This document shows positions 1 to 11,000 of a stretch of DNA of 60,201 nt, piece by piece. The DNA lies in the NCBI GenBank assembly GCA_017513085.1, contig JAFWDK010000033.1, forward strand, positions 1 to 60,201. Reading direction: 5' to 3'. Position 1 is the stretch's first letter. Each line of letters opens with the position of its first letter. The notes under the pieces were generated by a model. The model was given only the letters and a program-made list of their open reading frames with translations. It was not told where the DNA came from and made no database searches. The translations under genes and the position numbers were made by a program. This stretch comes from Clostridiales bacterium. Its GTDB lineage: Bacteria > Bacillota > Clostridia > Saccharofermentanales > Saccharofermentanaceae.

Positions 1-616
1 GACAACTAAGAAGACTAAGAAGACGAAGGCTACTACAGAAGAAACAGAAGAGCCGACAGAAGAAGAGACGACTAAGGGAACAACTGAAGAAACTGAAGAT
101 ACTGAGGAGACTGAGGAGACTGAAGAGACAACAAAGAAGACTACTCAGACAACAAAGGACGATGGCGGATTGGGCGATTATTTCAACTATGATCCGTCTA
201 GCCTGGAGAACAAGAAAGCTGCAGAATGGGTAAAGGATCTGATGGATAACGGTGCCATGGTCATGGATATGTCCGACGCAGCGAGCATGACCGGTAATGC
301 AAGTTCTTTCCCGGATGGAACGAAGGGTTTCACAGCTGTAGATGGTTCTTACACAAAGACATATGTTTACCTCGAGATCGCTATGGGTGCTGACTATACT
401 GAGGATCAGCTCAAGCAGATCGGTGAAGCTATGAAGAAGCAGGGATATGATTCTGAAATGCAGGGTGACTGCATGGTACTGACTTCTGATGCACAGAAGG
501 CTTACGCCGTGATCGATCTGAAGACCGGCTACTATTTCTTCTGCGTAGGTGTAACAGCTATGCCGGATGTTAAGGAAGAAGCTAAAGTTGCAAAGAACAT
601 CGGATTTAATATCTGA
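1..616 (+). CDS. 5'-truncated secreted/lipoprotein with Thr/Glu/Lys-rich linker, unknown function
   Basis: Frame of ORF 170..616 is open back to position 2 (TTKKTKKTKATTEETEEPTEEETT...), a low-complexity linker like those of neighbouring lipoproteins. Confidence 0.75.
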   Translation, partial: TTKKTKKTKATTEETEEPTEEETTKGTTEETEDTEETEETEETTKKTTQTTKDDGGLGDYFNYDPSSLENKKAAEWVKDLMDNGAMVMDMSDAASMTGNASSFPDGTKGFTAVDGSYTKTYVYLEIAMGADYTEDQLKQIGEAMKKQGYDSEMQGDCMVLTSDAQKAYAVIDLKTGYYFFCVGVTAMPDVKEEAKVAKNIGFNI

Positions 617-645
617 GTATTTGACAATTTGAATCACTAAAGAAA

Positions 646-680
646 CAGGAACGGATTTTTCTCCGTTCCTGTTTTATTTT
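646..680 (+). terminator. Rho-independent terminator
   Basis: AAACAGGAACGGA / TCCGTTCCTGTTT hairpin followed by a T-rich run. Confidence 0.8.
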
Positions 681-744
681 TGTGTAAAATCCCGAAAATC
701 TTGTGTTTGATTGTAAAAGAAAAAGATTCTTGTATAATATGGAA

Positions 745-935
745 GTGACCAGCGGTGCCTTGTAAAAGAGGAGAATAGGGAATACGGTGAAAATCCGTAG
801 CAGCCCCCACTACTGTAACCCGGTACGACATCCAAAGAAAGTCATTGGCCGGCATCCTTTCGCTATAGGTGGGAGGAGAATGGCTGAGAAGGCGAAGGAT
901 CGAGGATAAACGGGTAAGCCAGGAGACCTGCCGAT
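745..935 (+). ncRNA. Cobalamin (B12) riboswitch
   Basis: Motifs GGTGC...AATAGGGAA-TACGGTGAAAATCCGTA-GCAGCCCCCACTACTGTA and B12 box AAGCCAGGAGACCTGCC, directly upstream of btuFCD-like genes; TATAAT at 733-738. Confidence 0.93.
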
Positions 936-995
936 GAGTTTTATGTGTTTTTAGTGCTTTTCGGGGATGGGAAAAGAACGGAAATGGAGTTAAAT

Positions 996-2063
996 ATGAA
1001 GAAAGCTTGGAAAGCCGTCGCGCTTGGCGTGACGCTGTCTTTGTGCATGGCAATGATGAGCGCTTGCCAGAGCAAGAAGGAGACAGAAAAAAGTTGGACA
1101 CCGCCGTCCGGAACGGGTGAAGAGACTACGGCTGAGCCTACCACAACGGAGGAAGAGACCACAACTTCCGAAGAAACCACCACAGAAACCACAATTGCTG
1201 TTACAACAGAGGATGGTTCCATTGAGGGATATCCGGTAGAACTTACGGATATTTACGGAACCACTACGGTTATCAAAGAAAAGCCGGCACGTATCGTATC
1301 TCTTAGCCCGGCTTGCACGGAGCTGGTTTACAGCTTCGGTCAGGAAGCCGCTCTGGTGGGAAGAACCAGTGCATGTAACTACCCGGAGAGTGTCTCCGCG
1401 ATCGAGTCGATCGGTGATATTATGGCGCCGGATGTAGAGAAGATCGTCAGCCTGAATCCGGATATCGTTCTTACAGACTCTACTATGACACCGGAAGCTA
1501 CGGTTAAGCAGCTCAGAGAATTGGGACTTACTGTAGTGATCCTTAACGAAGGCACAAATTTCGATGGCGTATATACTAAAATCGAGAATGTCGGTAAGAT
1601 CTTCAACGATGGTGCCAAGGCGACAGAGATCGTAACCGGCATGAAGAAAGAAATCGCTGACATTCAGGAAGCGATCAAGGGCGTGAATGCGCATCCGACC
1701 GTATACTATGTAGTAGGTTTCGGCGAGAACGGTGACTGGACCGCTACAGGCGATTCTTTCATCAACGATATCATTACGATGGCCGGCGGCGATAATATCG
1801 CAAAGGATGGCCAGCTCTACAGCTACAATGTTGAGGACCTGGTTTCCAAAGATCCTAACATCATCATTCTGCCGGCTTGGGCAGATGGTTCTTTCCAGAA
1901 GACGGCTCCTTATTCTGAACTGACAGCCGTTAAGGAAGGTCATGTCATCGTTTTGGAGAGCACCGATACACTGGATCGTCAGTGTGCAAGAAATGCCGAG
2001 GCTGTTGAGATGCTGGCTAAGGCTTTCTATCCGGAGATCTTCGAACAGGAGAAGGCTGCATAA
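996..2063 (+). CDS. btuF: Cobalamin ABC transporter substrate-binding lipoprotein
   Basis: Lipobox (MMSAC), Thr/Glu linker, RIVSLSPACTE and PDVEKIVSLNPD motifs of class III binding proteins; riboswitch upstream; ATG 996 follows GGAG. Confidence 0.88.
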   Translation: MKKAWKAVALGVTLSLCMAMMSACQSKKETEKSWTPPSGTGEETTAEPTTTEEETTTSEETTTETTIAVTTEDGSIEGYPVELTDIYGTTTVIKEKPARIVSLSPACTELVYSFGQEAALVGRTSACNYPESVSAIESIGDIMAPDVEKIVSLNPDIVLTDSTMTPEATVKQLRELGLTVVILNEGTNFDGVYTKIENVGKIFNDGAKATEIVTGMKKEIADIQEAIKGVNAHPTVYYVVGFGENGDWTATGDSFINDIITMAGGDNIAKDGQLYSYNVEDLVSKDPNIIILPAWADGSFQKTAPYSELTAVKEGHVIVLESTDTLDRQCARNAEAVEMLAKAFYPEIFEQEKAA

Positions 2064-2089
2064 GCTTTTACGATATATAAGGCAGGTTT

Positions 2090-3151
2090 ATGAAAAAAGA
2101 ACCGCTCAAAACATGGACTTTGACAATGGCCGGAGGGATCCTTTCGATCCTTCTGGTCATTGTTGTTGTTTGGGCTGCGGCAGTGGGTTCGGTTTCTGTT
2201 CCGTTTGCCCAAAGTGCGAAGATCGTGATCTCCAGGCTTCCTTTTGTGGATGCCAAGAAGATACTTGCGGATGTGCCGCAGACGAATAAACTGATCATAT
2301 GGGATATAAGACTTCCACGTGTGCTTCTGGCAGGGCTCGTCGGAGGCGGATTGGCGGCTGCGGGTGTCGTGATGCAGGCGCTTTTTCGTAATCCTCTTGC
2401 CGACCCGCAGGTGCTGGGTATTTCTTCCGGTGCGGCGTTCGGTGCGGCGGTTGCCATTGCTTTCGGTATTACGTTTACGGTTTCCGGAATCAGCAGCATC
2501 TGGTTCTTCGCTTTTGCGGGGGCGATGCTGACGATGCTTCTTGTATTCAGGGTTGCCCGCATTGCGACGTCAAGGTCGGTCACGGGTATCCTCCTGGCCG
2601 GTATCGCATGCTCGTCGATGCTGACGGCGGCGATCACGCTCATGATGATGTGGAACCGGGAAAAACTGGAACAGATCTATCTGTGGATGTTGGGCAGTTT
2701 TTCGTCCGCGACCTGGATCAAAGTCGGATTTATGGCAATCGTGCTTGTGGGCGCGGTGCTGAGTTTTATTGTTCTTGGACGGGATCTGGATCTTCTTAGT
2801 TTCGGTGATAATGAGGCGCAGAGTATGGGTGTTTCCGTAAGAAGGACCCGGACGATCGCGGTGGTGGCGACTTCTCTTCTGGTGGCGGCGAGTGTTTCGG
2901 TCAGTGGGATCATCGGTTTTGTCAGTCTGATCATTCCGCATATCATGCGTATGCTGGTGGGTCCGAAGAACCGCCGGTTGATACCGCTTTCGCTTCTGGG
3001 CGGGGCGATCTTCATGATATTCTGTGACATGATCAGCAGGACGGCTGTCCCGCCGAATGAGATCGCTGTCGGGGCGATCACGCAGGTTACCGGCGCGCCG
3101 TTTTTCCTCTACCTTCTTTGGAAGGAAAGAAGAAAGGGGGAGCGTGAATGA
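2090..3151 (+). CDS. btuC: Cobalamin ABC transporter permease (FecCD family)
   Basis: IWDIRLPRVLLA, QALFRNPLADP and GIIGFVSLIIPH motifs. Confidence 0.9.
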   Translation: MKKEPLKTWTLTMAGGILSILLVIVVVWAAAVGSVSVPFAQSAKIVISRLPFVDAKKILADVPQTNKLIIWDIRLPRVLLAGLVGGGLAAAGVVMQALFRNPLADPQVLGISSGAAFGAAVAIAFGITFTVSGISSIWFFAFAGAMLTMLLVFRVARIATSRSVTGILLAGIACSSMLTAAITLMMMWNREKLEQIYLWMLGSFSSATWIKVGFMAIVLVGAVLSFIVLGRDLDLLSFGDNEAQSMGVSVRRTRTIAVVATSLLVAASVSVSGIIGFVSLIIPHIMRMLVGPKNRRLIPLSLLGGAIFMIFCDMISRTAVPPNEIAVGAITQVTGAPFFLYLLWKERRKGERE

Positions 3152-3930
3152 TGAACGTTGAAACGAAGGGTTTGACGTATCAGCCTTCCGGCACGAAAAG
3201 ACCGATCCTCTCCGATGTTTCATATACTTTTTCGCAGGGGAGCCTGACAGCGCTTCTGGGTCCGAACGGGTCCGGAAAGACAACGATGCTCAAGCATTTT
3301 CTGGCGCAGATCAGGAGCCCGGAGGGCGCGGTGCTGATCGACGGCAAGGACTCGCTGTCCTATTCGCCGAAGGAGCGTAGCCGCATCCTCGCCTGGGTGC
3401 CGCAGAACAGTAGCGGGGAGAGTGCTTTTACAGTTGAAGACGTGGTGCTGATGGCCAGATATCCGTACAAGGGGACATGGGACGACGATTCTAAGGAAGA
3501 CATCCGGATCGCGGAGGAAGCTATGGAAACTGTAGGCGTGCTGGAGTTCCGGAATCGTGATTTTACGTCGCTTTCGGGTGGAGAACGTCAGCGGGCGCTG
3601 ATTGCAAGAGCTCTAACGCAGACGACGCCGTGGATCTTCCTGGACGAGCCGACATCTAATCTCGATGTCAAACATCAGATCCATATCATGCAAGTGCTTC
3701 GCGAAAGAGTCGATCAGAAAAAGACCAGCGCTATTGTTGTCATGCATGACTTTAACCTGGTGGAGAAGTACTGCGACCGGGCAATCATGCTCAAGGAAGG
3801 CCGTGTCGTGGCCAAGGGCGAGACTTCGGAAGTGCTGACGCCGGAGCTTTTGCGTGAAGTATATGAAGTGGAGTTTGAGGTGTTCGAGAGAGAAGGACAG
3901 AGATTCTTCGTTCCGAAGACGGAAAACTGA
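3148..3930 (+). CDS. btuD: Cobalamin ABC transporter ATPase
   Basis: Walker A GPNGSGKT, signature LSGGERQR, Walker B IFLDEPT. Confidence 0.88.
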   Translation: MMNVETKGLTYQPSGTKRPILSDVSYTFSQGSLTALLGPNGSGKTTMLKHFLAQIRSPEGAVLIDGKDSLSYSPKERSRILAWVPQNSSGESAFTVEDVVLMARYPYKGTWDDDSKEDIRIAEEAMETVGVLEFRNRDFTSLSGGERQRALIARALTQTTPWIFLDEPTSNLDVKHQIHIMQVLRERVDQKKTSAIVVMHDFNLVEKYCDRAIMLKEGRVVAKGETSEVLTPELLREVYEVEFEVFEREGQRFFVPKTEN

Positions 3931-4011
3931 CAGGATCTTTCTTTGCCCGGGAAATGTGTTAAAATAGGGACACTTTGTATGGATTTGAAAGTCGGGCAAG
4001 GAGAAGAAGAG

Positions 4012-4671
4012 ATGGAACTGATCACAAAGGCGGAGAACTTCGAAGAATATCTGGAAGTCAGTGAATATATCAACCACAATAATGTGAAAGTGGTGATCGT
4101 TGCCAATTATCTGATGGAAACGATCATGAAAGATATAAATGAAGGCAAAGAAATGACCTATCTTGATCCGGAGATCGAGTATGCTTTCCGTGCCTTTTCT
4201 TTTGTTAGAGATGAGATCTCACACAGTAACGATGCCGGACGTAAAGAGTTGTGTCTGCGCGCTTCGGATGTTCTGGACAAGAGGACCGGTCTATGTTTCG
4301 GAAAATCCCATCTGCTTTGTGCGCTCCTTCGGGCGTCCGGGATCCCGGCCGGCCTTTGCTATCAGTATCTTAGGCTCGACGAACATGACGATGGATCGCC
4401 ACTTATACTGCACGGTCTGAACGCAGTGTATTTTTCTTCGTTGGGACGTTGGATAAGATTGGATGCAAGAGGCAATAAAGAAGGCGTGGATGCACAGTTT
4501 TCCCTGGAGGAAGAAAAACTGGCATTTCCTGTCCGTCCGGGCCTGGGAGAGACTGATCTTCCGTTTATCTTTCCGAGACCGGATCATGGTGTGCTTGCTG
4601 TGTTGAAGAAGTATGACAATGTGCAGGACGCGATGGCGAATCTGCCGACGAGGATCGCCGGAAGCTGTTAA
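4012..4671 (+). CDS. Transglutaminase-like family protein
   Basis: GLCFGKSHLLCALLRASGIPA (catalytic Cys), LHGLNAVY (His), WIRLDARG (Asp); ATG 4012 follows AGGAG. Confidence 0.85.
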   Translation: MELITKAENFEEYLEVSEYINHNNVKVVIVANYLMETIMKDINEGKEMTYLDPEIEYAFRAFSFVRDEISHSNDAGRKELCLRASDVLDKRTGLCFGKSHLLCALLRASGIPAGLCYQYLRLDEHDDGSPLILHGLNAVYFSSLGRWIRLDARGNKEGVDAQFSLEEEKLAFPVRPGLGETDLPFIFPRPDHGVLAVLKKYDNVQDAMANLPTRIAGSC

Positions 4672-4728
4672 GGATAAGAAGAACGCAGGTGCATCGTGCT
4701 CTTTCCTGAATAGATTTAGCAGAAAGAC

Positions 4729-4758
4729 TTGACGTGGAGGCGTATTTGGTGGTATGAT
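4729..4758 (+). promoter_or_regulatory. sigmaA-type promoter of tRNA-Cys
   Basis: TTGACG-N18-TATGAT. Confidence 0.6.
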
Positions 4759-4780
4759 TTCATACGCTGATTGCACAAAT

Positions 4781-4854
4781 GGCGCCATAGCCAAGCGGTA
4801 AGGCAGAGGTCTGCAAAACCTTTATCCCCGGTGCAAATCCGGGTGGTGCCTCCA
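4781..4854 (+). tRNA. tRNA-Cys (GCA)
   Basis: Cloverleaf from GGCGCCA to TGGTGCC-T-CCA, anticodon loop CTGCAAA, encoded CCA. Confidence 0.93.
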
Positions 4855-4860
4855 GAACAG

Positions 4861-4897
4861 AGAACTGTTTCGTGAATACGGAACAGTTCTTTTTTTT
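4861..4897 (+). terminator. Rho-independent terminator
   Basis: AGAACTGTTTCGT / ACGGAACAGTTCT hairpin plus T run. Confidence 0.85.
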
Positions 4898-5025
4898 GTC
4901 TTATAGAAAAGGGCGAAAAATCAGCCTTTCTTGTGATTTGCCAAAAGTGACAGGATAGTTAGACGCCATCTTGGAGGTACGTGCTAGAATACGGAAATGC
5001 AAAATTACCGAAAGAAGAGTAGTGT

Positions 5026-6150
5026 ATGAGAACGAAGAAACTTATCTCCATCATTCTGATCGCATCCATGCTGCTGGCGGGATGCCGTGCAAAGGCTGAG
5101 CAAGGATCGGCCGGGACGAAAGATACGGAAGAGACAACGACGATGACGTCAGAAGCGACCGTAACTCCGACAAATACACCGACTCCTTCACCAAGTCCGA
5201 CGCCGACGGTGAAGATTGAGAATATGTCCAATAACGATGAAGGACATTATTCTTTTCAGCCACATGTCTTCAGTAAATCGTATCTTGCCGAGTTCGGAGA
5301 GGAGAAACGCGATTGTTTCTTTGCTTATTGCGATGCGCTCTGCAAAGGAGAGGAGACTTTCGATTGCCCGGATGAAGAATTCTATTACTGGTGTTTTGGG
5401 GCGCTGAGCAATTTCTTCTTTCCTTTTTCCATGGAATATGCGTCACCGTATTCTCAGGATAAAAGACCTTCATGGAAGGATGGGAAGGGATATATCTACT
5501 ATACGGTTTCCAAAGAAGAATACCTGGAAAAAGAGAAGGCTTTCGAAAAAGAAATCGAGGATATTCTTAACGATTGTCTTTCCGACGATTACACCGATCT
5601 GGAAAAGACATTGGCTCTTTATGAGTATATGACAATGAATTATGAGTACGATATGGATATGTATGACAATCTCTCCGATAGATCGGACGAATTGTCTCCG
5701 TACCGATGCCTTAAGGAAAAACGTGGAATCTGCTGCGAGATCGCCGGGCTTTACAGTTATTTGCTCCTTCAGGCCGGAGTGGACTCGGATGAGATCGGCG
5801 GCGATGGGGAATTCAATGGTCAGATCGAAGGACATTCGTGGGTATATGTGACTTTGGACGGGCAGCCGTATCATATCGATCCGACCTGGGGAGTCGATAA
5901 TTATCGCCCACCGCTTTGCTATTATCTTATGACGGACGAGCTTCGGATGGACCGTGACGGATTCCGGAAAGGCACATTTTCTCTAGGCGTATCCGACGAG
6001 GCGGCGCGAGAGGCTTTCGAATTTCAGGCGGCAGACGATCGGTACAGCACGCTTTGGAGCGGTTTTTATATGGGAATGGATCGCGAAAACAAATATATCT
6101 ACTATGAAGATGAGTCCGGGCAACAGCAGAAATTCAGCTATGCTGCGTGA
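5026..6150 (+). CDS. Lipoprotein with transglutaminase-like domain
   Basis: Lipobox LLAGC, Thr/Pro linker, GICCEIAGLYSYLL...HSWVYV...IDPTW Cys-His-Asp triad. Confidence 0.85.
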   Translation: MRTKKLISIILIASMLLAGCRAKAEQGSAGTKDTEETTTMTSEATVTPTNTPTPSPSPTPTVKIENMSNNDEGHYSFQPHVFSKSYLAEFGEEKRDCFFAYCDALCKGEETFDCPDEEFYYWCFGALSNFFFPFSMEYASPYSQDKRPSWKDGKGYIYYTVSKEEYLEKEKAFEKEIEDILNDCLSDDYTDLEKTLALYEYMTMNYEYDMDMYDNLSDRSDELSPYRCLKEKRGICCEIAGLYSYLLLQAGVDSDEIGGDGEFNGQIEGHSWVYVTLDGQPYHIDPTWGVDNYRPPLCYYLMTDELRMDRDGFRKGTFSLGVSDEAAREAFEFQAADDRYSTLWSGFYMGMDRENKYIYYEDESGQQQKFSYAA

Positions 6151-6202
6151 AATCGCCATTTGGTGTTATAATGCTTAGGTAACACCTTGTGGGAGGTGCA
6201 AA

Positions 6203-7138
6203 ATGGATTGCACAACGAAACTATTTACCGAGTTTAACGAAAGACTTTCTGTCGTCTGTGAGAAGTTTGCCGATAAGGTCTCTTCCAGTGAAGGACCGAC
6301 CGAAACCGAGATGGCGGAGCATTTTAAGAATTTCCGTTCCTATATTGAGCAGACCACAGCGCCTTTCTGGCAAGAGCCGAAAGAGTATCTGGACGGTAAG
6401 ACCGGCGAAGAATATATCGCGGGATTGGATCTGGAGCAGGCGCTGGAAGCATTCTGTGAGTCGGCGAAGATCATTGATGATGAGGCGACGCCCTATCCGC
6501 TCGTTTCTTCTCTAAAAGCACTTGGCCCGGAGTCTTCGGAGCGTCTTTTGAAGATGGTTCTGGATACGCCTTGGGAACCGGAAGAGGGAGAGGATGAGAA
6601 TGAATTTTTCGTGCGCTTCCAGCCTTGTGTTGCAGCGATCCGCTTTTTCGGCGCGGCAGAGTATGAGCCGGCGATGGAACCGGTGCTTTCCCGTTTCTGC
6701 AGTTTCTCCAGTACACAGGAGTATATAGCGGATTCCGTCAAAGTTATGATGCTGGGTATGGGACAGAAAGGAGTCCCGACGCTGGTCGACTTCCTTTTGA
6801 ACCGTTCGGATGAGCAGATCACCGGTCCATATGAGGATATGATGATCATTCTGACACACGTGGGTATCAAAGAAAGATCTGATGAGATCTATCAGGCACT
6901 TCGTGCCGCTTTCCGCCGGATGAAAGCAAAAGTGATTGCCGTGATCTGCCTGGGAGACTATGGTGATCCTCGCGCGATAGCCCTTCTGAAGGGTTATCTG
7001 GACCGTACTGTCCATACGATAGACAGAGAGACGTTCTATGAAGCGTTATCTGCGATCCGTCGTCTCGGTGGTGAGATCAACGATATTCAGGATCCGTTCC
7101 ACGACTTTACGAAAAAAGTTCCGAAGGACAAGAAATAA
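6203..7138 (+). CDS. Alpha-helical HEAT/PBS-lyase-like repeat protein
   Basis: C-terminal AVICLGDYGDPRAIALL...ALSAIRRLGG HEAT-like motif; RBS GGAGG. Confidence 0.65.
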   Translation: MDCTTKLFTEFNERLSVVCEKFADKVSSSEGPTETEMAEHFKNFRSYIEQTTAPFWQEPKEYLDGKTGEEYIAGLDLEQALEAFCESAKIIDDEATPYPLVSSLKALGPESSERLLKMVLDTPWEPEEGEDENEFFVRFQPCVAAIRFFGAAEYEPAMEPVLSRFCSFSSTQEYIADSVKVMMLGMGQKGVPTLVDFLLNRSDEQITGPYEDMMIILTHVGIKERSDEIYQALRAAFRRMKAKVIAVICLGDYGDPRAIALLKGYLDRTVHTIDRETFYEALSAIRRLGGEINDIQDPFHDFTKKVPKDKK

Positions 7139-7148
7139 GGAGAGTATC

Positions 7149-7943
7149 ATGGAGTTCCGTCCCTGTATCGATATCCATAACGGGAAAGTGAAGCAGATCG
7201 TAGGCGGCACGCTGAGCGATACCGGCGCGAAGGAGAACTTCGTTTCCGAGCGTGGAGCGGGATATTTTGCCGGGTATTATCGAGACCTGGGGATACGTGG
7301 CGGCCACATTATCATGCTCAACAAAGTCGGGACGGACGAATATGAAGCCAGTCGGGAGGCAGCGCTCGAGGCATTGCACGCATATCCGGGCGGCCTTCAG
7401 GTAGGTGGCGGGATCAACGCTGACAACGCGAGTTCTTTTGTAGAAGAAGGAGCCAGCCATGTTATAGTGACATCCTATGTTTTTTCGGACGGAAAGATCA
7501 ACTATGAAAACCTCGAAAAACTTGTCGCGGCAGTCGGCAGAGAGCATATCGTTTTGGATCTGAGCTGCAAGAAGAAGGACGACGATTACTACATCGTGAC
7601 GGACCGCTGGCAGAAGTTTACCCGGACGAAACTGACGGCAGGATTGTTGAGAAAACTTCAGAAGTATTGCGACGAATATCTGGTTCATGCCGTAGATGTA
7701 GAGGGCAAAGCAGCCGGACCGGATGCGGCGCTTTTCAGTATCTTTACGGAATATCTTGATCAGGGGAAAGATGATTCCCCTGTGCTTCCGATCACCTATG
7801 CCGGAGGGATCCACACTTATGAAGATATATCTGCGCTGAAGGATGTATCCCAAGGCAGAGTAAACATTACAGTCGGATCGGCGCTTGATCTTTTCGGCGG
7901 GGAGCTGTCCTGCGAGGAGATACTCAGGCTCCTATGCAAATAA
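7149..7943 (+). CDS. hisA: ProFAR isomerase, eukaryotic His6-type
   Basis: FRPCIDIHNGKVKQIVGG, LQVGGGIN, HVIVTSYVF, DRWQKFT, VGSALDLFGG. Confidence 0.9.
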   Translation: MEFRPCIDIHNGKVKQIVGGTLSDTGAKENFVSERGAGYFAGYYRDLGIRGGHIIMLNKVGTDEYEASREAALEALHAYPGGLQVGGGINADNASSFVEEGASHVIVTSYVFSDGKINYENLEKLVAAVGREHIVLDLSCKKKDDDYYIVTDRWQKFTRTKLTAGLLRKLQKYCDEYLVHAVDVEGKAAGPDAALFSIFTEYLDQGKDDSPVLPITYAGGIHTYEDISALKDVSQGRVNITVGSALDLFGGELSCEEILRLLCK

Positions 7944-7961
7944 GAAATTTCGGATAAAAAC

Positions 7962-8001
7962 AAAAACGGGGCCTCGAAAATGAGACCCCGTTTCGTTTTT
8001 A
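7962..8001. terminator. Bidirectional terminator between convergent genes
   Basis: AAACGGGGCCTC / GAGACCCCGTTT hairpin flanked by A and T runs. Confidence 0.8.
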
Positions 8002-8012
8002 TTCTTTTCGAG

Positions 8013-11000
8013 TTATGCTACGATCTTCAGCAAACACTTCGCCGTGCGACCATCCGAGGTCTTGGCATACAGATAGGTATTTCCGACACTGACACCGGTA
8101 ACTCTTCCGTTTGTATCTACTGTAGCGACGGAGGTGTTTCCGACTGACCAGGTTACGTCCTGGCCGGCAGGATTCTTGCAGATAAACTGGAAGGTCTGGT
8201 TGACCTTGATGGTTTTTTCAGTATAGGTAATATTCAGCGGTCCCGGATCAACGACTTTGATCAGACACTTTGCGCTGCGACCATCTTCTGTTTTCGCATA
8301 CAGATAGGTATTGCCCACACTCAAGGCGGTCACTTTGCCGTTTTCGTCGACTTTAGCAATGGATGTATTTCCGACCGACCAGACAGGAGTCAGGATGCCT
8401 GCGTTCTTGGCAGTGAAGACAAAACTTTGCCCGAGATAGATCGTCTTTTCAGTGTAGTTGATACCGAGTTTGCCGGGATCGACTATCTTAAGAAGACACT
8501 TTGCTTCGCGTCCATCAGCGCTTCGGGCATAAAGATATGTATTACCTACGCTCTTAGCCGTGACTTTTCCGCTCGAATTTACAGTTGCTACTGTGGTATT
8601 GCCCACAGACCAGGTGATCTTCTGACCGCTTGCGCCGGTGAGTTTGAACGTGAAACTCTGGTTGATATACAGAGTCTTTTCTGAATAATCCAGATGCAGG
8701 GTCGGATAGGTGACCTTAATGAGACACTTCGCTTGGCTGCCGTCAGGAGTTTTGGCATATAGATAGGTATTGCCCACACTTTTGGCTGTGACTTTACCAT
8801 TAGAATCTACTGCTGCGACGGTAGTGTTGCCGGTCGACCAGGTTACTTTCTGACCATTATTTCCGGATACGGAGAACTGATAGTTTTCACCTACTGCGAG
8901 CGTTTTTTCAGTGAAGTTGATCGAAAGACCGCTGACACGGATCAGGCATCTTGCTCTTCGTCCATCAGAAGCTTCGACAGTGATATAGGTGTTTCCAGAC
9001 CCCTTGGCAGTGACAATTCCGGTGTTGTCAACCGTGGCAACCTTGTAATTCCCGGAAGTGTACTTTACCGTCATGCCTTCCGCGTTGCTGGCCAGCAACT
9101 TGAAAGTCTGTCCGGAAGAAAGAGCTTTATCAGTGTTGTTAAGGTTCAAAGGAGCGGCAGCGATCAGCTTCAGGAGACACTTGACCTCCTGACCATCCTC
9201 GGCTTTGGCGTATAGATAGGTGTTGTTCGCAAACTTGGCGATCACTTTTCCGCTTTGTGTGACCGAAGCAACTCCTGTATTACCGACACGCCACGTAATC
9301 TTCAGCCCCTCTGCATTTTGTGCGGTAAAGGTGAAGCTTTCTCCTACGCGGATCGTCTTTTCTGAATAACGGATGCTTAGAGCAGGACCTTTTACAGTGA
9401 CGCTGACATCCTTTTTCAAACTATAGTTGATTCCGTCTGAAGACGCCCTGAATGCAAGCGTACGCTTCGCATTTCCGCTTGCTTTCCACTTGACCGTCCA
9501 GACACGGAAACCGCTGTTGTCTTTGTAGTTAGAAGAACCGGACCAGGTATAGATCTTGTTTCCGCTTTCGGAGTACAAAGTCAGGTATTTGGCATCGGTA
9601 GAGGTGACTACAGAGAACGATACCATCGACCCTGCATCGACTGTTGCATACGTACCATCCACTTCCAGGATCTTCGGCACTGCCTGAGAATCCTTTATAG
9701 CTTGAACCGGTTCAGAGAACGGAGAGAAGTAATAGAAAGTCCTTGCATTGTTTGAGGCATCTACTTTCTCTTCTTTTCTACATGCACGGAGCATGTACCA
9801 GTAAGTGTTACCATCAGCGTCTTCCGAAGGTAGATTTGCCGTTAGGCTTTCCGGAGTATATGCCGTGACAAACTCGTACTCGCCTTTCATATATTTGCTC
9901 CGCCATACCTGCCAGCTATAAAGATCCTGATCGTAGTCTGCGCTCCAGGAAAGTGTTGTCTCGTCGTTTTCGCCACGAGGGGCAGATACCAAGGAAGGCT
10001 TGGCGGCAAGCGACGGATGACTTACAAAGATCTTGGTGATTTCTGAACGCAGATTGTATTCGGCATCTCCGATGGTGCTTGTAACTGTGCAGTACTTCTC
10101 AATATACCCGCGTCGGGAGGTTGTGGAAGCAGAAGAAAACTCTCCGGAAGCAGTAAAGGTATACGAGGGCTGCTTATTCATGTTACCCATGTGCGCTTCG
10201 CCCCAAAGATAGCTCAGATTTTGACCTTCCGCTTCGACGGAAAGCGTGACGCTTTCGCCGTCGCTTACATACAATGCTTTCGGAAGATCTGCCGTGATGA
10301 TCGGTTCATTCTCATTCTTTGAGATTTCAACTGTAACCTGACGGGTGATACCCTTCCACGTAGCAGTAAAAGTGAGCTGCGTGCCGATCGGCGCATTTCT
10401 CGTGATATAAAGTGTATTTATGTGAGAAAAAGAACCGATATCCGAAGTGAGAGTCTGATCACAGGTGATAGTATATTCAGAAGGTGAAAGAGTTGCATCC
10501 GTCGGATAAGGCTGGATGTAATCATCAAGGTCTATGGTGGAATCACGGTCGACAAAAATGAGTGTGTCGATAAAATCAAAGTCTTCTGCAGGAACCTTTT
10601 TCGGCTCGACGGTAACCGTGATGATCTCGGATACTTTTTCTCCCCTTAAGTAGAGGTAGATCTCATATATTCCAGGAAGACTGTTTGTGGCATCGACCTG
10701 CATAGAGACGTTTCCATTTCCGTCTACATTAAATGTCAAAGCCGGAGCATTGTCTTCCGAAACGTCTCCGTAGCCGGAAGAAACGGCATTGGAACATTCG
10801 GAATAGACGTAAAGGATATCGTCCAGACTGTTGGATGGCGTCAGCGAGACAGAACTTAAGTGTGAACGGACTCCTGCTACCACAGTAAAATCCGGGATAT
10901 CGACATAATGAAGAGAAGACATGCCATCGGCGTTAGCTACGTAGATCTCACGGCTATAGCCGAAAATGGCATTCCATGTTATGCCGGCATAAAAAGAATG

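Noticed and set aside
7149-7943. Eukaryotic-type hisA as novel horizontal transfer
   Set aside because: His6-type HisA is already known in various bacteria, including gut anaerobes.
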